Sequence record: SRR22947725_6362
Reading direction: 5' to 3' (one strand)
DNA: 32,015 nucleotides
Shown here: piece after piece, positions 29,285 to 32,015 of the stretch
Numbering within the stretch: position 1 is the stretch's first letter
Layout: every line of letters starts with the position of its first letter
The notes under the pieces: model-generated
The model's database searches: none
The model's input: the letters and a program-made list of their open reading frames with translations, nothing else
What the model was told of the DNA's origin: nothing
Translations under genes and position numbers: made by a program

Positions 29285-30298
29285 TTATTTCACGTCTAGG
29301 CCCATGGCTTTGTACACTTCGCGATACTGCTCGATCGAACGGGCAATCAAATCTTTTGCACCGTTAGTATCACGATAGCTGTCAATCACAGTCATGAATT
29401 TTGATTCATTGAATGCCTGGTAGCTGTCTTCACAATATCCACGCTGAAAAGCCCACTTTAGCCATTCGACGCGATCTACTGGTGCATCTGCATGTACATA
29501 GAATCCCCGAAAACGTAGCAATGGATCAAAATCCATACCCACTTCTCGGTGCGTTGGCGTATCTGCAAACGCGGCTGGGCGTTCATCAAAGATTGTTAGG
29601 ATTGGTTTAAATTGACCCGCATCAAGGAAGTTGCGCACATCACCAGGCTGCTCAAAAAGGGCGTCCACTTGTCCACCCAACAAGGCGCCGTAACGTGGGG
29701 CACCCTTGTCGAATGAGATCTGCTGAATTTTCATGCCACTTGCATCGGTGATAAAGCCCATTGTGACACGCTCCATCGAACCCTCTTTGGATACGTTCGC
29801 AATGGTTGCTTTGCCGTTTTGCGCCTTGACCCATTCTACAAAAGATGGCCAATCGCTAAAACGTGTTTCATTTGTGCGGATATACACCTGACTGAATGTC
29901 ACCTGGCTAACCACCAGTGGGATCAAATCATCTGCTGGGTTTGGCATAGATGAATCCAACGCATGCGCAGAGGACGCGTCATCAATGTGTTCCAAAACGT
30001 TATATCCATCTGCTGGCGCCGCCATATAGGCCGTCATACCAACAGTCCCAGAACCGCCTGGTTTGTGATCGCGGTTGATTGGAATGCCAGTCAGTTCAGT
30101 CACCGCTTCGGCCATCGCAGCAGCTACCTGCCCTGATCCACCTGCAGGACCATATGGTACGATCATTGTCAAAGCACGCTCTGGAAACCCACCAGGTTTG
30201 TCAAAAGATGCTTCACCACGTTTACACTCAAATGCATACGCCGATCCAGCTGCCATCATCGCAGCACAAAGTGCCGCTGTTCCAATAATATTTCTCAT
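29285..30298 (-). CDS. tctC: Tripartite tricarboxylate transporter substrate-binding protein
   Basis: Signal peptide, FPERALTMIVPYGPAGGS, KPGGSG, APADGY, LLGGQVD, GGGAGG RBS. Confidence 0.9.
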   Translation of the reverse strand: MRNIIGTAALCAAMMAAGSAYAFECKRGEASFDKPGGFPERALTMIVPYGPAGGSGQVAAAMAEAVTELTGIPINRDHKPGGSGTVGMTAYMAAPADGYNVLEHIDDASSAHALDSSMPNPADDLIPLVVSQVTFSQVYIRTNETRFSDWPSFVEWVKAQNGKATIANVSKEGSMERVTMGFITDASGMKIQQISFDKGAPRYGALLGGQVDALFEQPGDVRNFLDAGQFKPILTIFDERPAAFADTPTHREVGMDFDPLLRFRGFYVHADAPVDRVEWLKWAFQRGYCEDSYQAFNESKFMTVIDSYRDTNGAKDLIARSIEQYREVYKAMGLDVK

Positions 30299-30355
30299 TT
30301 TTTACCTCCCTTATGGGTGCCGCAACGTAAAATCTTACCCCTAGCTTGCCGAACC

Positions 30356-30369
30356 GAACCATATGGTTC
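30356..30369. promoter_or_regulatory. Perfect 14-bp palindrome upstream of tctC, candidate operator
   Basis: GAACCATATGGTTC, 57 bp upstream of the tctC ATG. Confidence 0.55.
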
Positions 30370-31209
30370 ACATATCAGACAACATCCTCAAAAGGCCCTT
30401 TACATCCATGGCACTTAGTCCAGCTTAACTTTTAATTTATTTCTGTCTATGTTTATTGTATCGTACCAAAATAAGTTTTTCTAACAGTCTGTTATCAGAT
30501 TTCTAGCGCGGCAGGTTTGCAGTACCCGCGCAACAATATGTAATCTTGTTCCGCGCCAGGCTCACTGGAACCCGCAGAGGCATTTCTCCAAATTCGCAAA
30601 GCACCATAACTAGATGAGAACAACCCACCTGTCCTGGATCGATAAATTGGGGAGGAAACTCTACGCTGATTGCAGTCGTAAGCTACGCCATAAAACAAAA
30701 CTTATACCTTCCAGTGTTCCAAAAGATAACATGAATGGGGCCCAAACAAAATGAACAAGGCGATGCGCGTAGAGCATCAACACCTTCCCTCGACTAGCAG
30801 CCATGATTCTGGGCCAAGCCAATCGCGCAATCTAGCCGTGGATCAAGGATATCGCATCAACTTCATAAAAAGAAAAATCTTTTGCAAAGTCCTGGTGGGG
30901 CAGGTCAGAAACTCAAAGCATACTTGAGCTTGACGCTGCTACAACCGACTGTGACGATGTGTGAGAAATGGTACGGTCAGGCCGAATATGAGATTACTCT
31001 GAACAACCAAAGTATACGTGAATGGGCGAATCCATAGTGAATTCCTAATCTCGACTGCCCACCTAACGAGAATTACTAAAACCAAACGAAATCTCACCTG
31101 TAAAAGTCGAGATAAATAAAATTTTAATATATATTTTATTTAGTTCTACGTTTTTAAGTCCGGCACCAAGGCGCCGGAGGCAGCTTCCTTAACATGGTAA
31201 GATGGCAGC

Positions 31210-31521
31210 CTAATGGGTCCAGACACCACGACGATTTGTTGCGAAATTTTCCCCATAACCGCCAGGACGTATATTTGTTGCCCGCTTTTGCGGTTCCACA
31301 ATCGTGGCTTGAATACCGTGACGTTCCGCATAGTCCACAGCCGCATCCTTAGTGTCAAACTGCAGACGAACCTGGGTTTGTGTATCGTCGCTGGAGGTCC
31401 AACCCATCAAAGGATCAATACGGCGGGCTTCCGAATGTGCAAATTCCAACACCCAAAGTTTGGTTTTGGCCGTCCCTGATGACATAGCTGTCTTGGCGGG
31501 CTGGTAGATTCGTGCAAACAT
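31210..31521 (-). CDS. ETC complex I subunit (NDUFS4-like)
   Basis: [24 protein letters not shown] and YGENF. ATG at 31521 follows GGAGGA. Confidence 0.9.
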   Translation of the reverse strand: MFARIYQPAKTAMSSGTAKTKLWVLEFAHSEARRIDPLMGWTSSDDTQTQVRLQFDTKDAAVDYAERHGIQATIVEPQKRATNIRPGGYGENFATNRRGVWTH

Positions 31522-31644
31522 GATGTCCTCCATAGCCGCTGTTTTAATGTCTTTCAGCTCCAAGGCAAGCACTTGCTCGCGCCTGGGTATGGGTACTTTA
31601 AGCTTATATCTATTTTTATCGTATGAGAGATATTAATCTATCTA

Positions 31645-31762
<118 letters not shown>

Positions 31763-31877
31763 AAGATAGATTATAGATTGCGTTTTGCAATCAAACTGGT
31801 TGTTCCAAGTTAAGTATATTATGCGGCAATTGTGTATGGCTTTTGGATCTGTATTGGCGTGTCTGCCTTCTACTGGA

Positions 31878-32015
31878 TCAAATCAAGCCTATCGGACCAT
31901 TAGTACCAGTCAGCTGAACGTGTTACCACGCTTACACCTCTGGCCTATCGACGAGGTGGTCTACCTCGGTCCTCAGGGATACCTTGTTTTGAGGGGGGCT
32001 TCCCGCTTAGATGCT
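31878..32015 (-). rRNA. rrl: 23S rRNA, 3' end (partial)
   Basis: Reverse complement AGCATCTAAGCGGGAAGCC...GATAGGCCAGAGGTGTAAG...CAGCTGACTGGTACTAAT...GGCTTGATT. Upstream of 5S; end coordinate approximate. Confidence 0.96.

Larger units (their letters stand above)
18525..31155. other. Probable horizontally acquired or flexible genomic island (approximate bounds)
   Basis: Visibly AT-richer than the left part (spot counts: 20/60 GC at 18781-18840 versus 37/60 at 12241-12300). Begins at a gene truncation and ends in an AT-rich tract. No integrase seen. Confidence 0.6.

Noticed and set aside
30495-30698. 67-aa minus-strand ORF in the spacer
   Set aside because: Non-ATG start, no RBS and no recognisable motif.
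30893-30990. TGGTGGGGCAGG and AAATGGTACGG as possible reversed tRNA 3' ends (att sites)
   Set aside because: No TTCGAA-type T-loop at the expected spacing and no matching copy at the other island end.
31159-31178. Hairpin TCCGGCACCAAGGCGCCGGA after the ETC subunit gene
   Set aside because: Plausible stem but no U tract on the minus strand, so it was not called a terminator.

Overview
Alphaproteobacterial (Rhodobacteraceae/Roseobacter-like) chromosome segment with two parts. Left (~1-18,200, GC-richer, core-like): ppx, a djlA-like gene, a VOC-family gene, the propionyl-CoA assimilation cluster (scpA, pccA, pccB, Bcr/CflA MFS, ScfR/PccR-type regulator), betB coupled to a DMT transporter, and a TRAP transporter. 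Right (~18,500-31,150, visibly AT-richer): after a truncated LacI remnant comes a compact organosulfonate module with a TTT transporter, sauS-like acylating dehydrogenase, sauT-like CoA ligase, two TauE/SafE genes, an FAD/Fe-S oxidoreductase and a class V aminotransferase. The window ends with an ETC complex I subunit gene, 5S rRNA and the 23S rRNA 3' end (minus strand). Best leads: the extended sulfonate module, a ~97-nt sRNA/attenuator candidate upstream of pccA, and TTTGCAAA palindromes that may extend the PccR-type regulon to the TRAP transporter. All calls come from reading the sequence and recalled family motifs; no searches were run.
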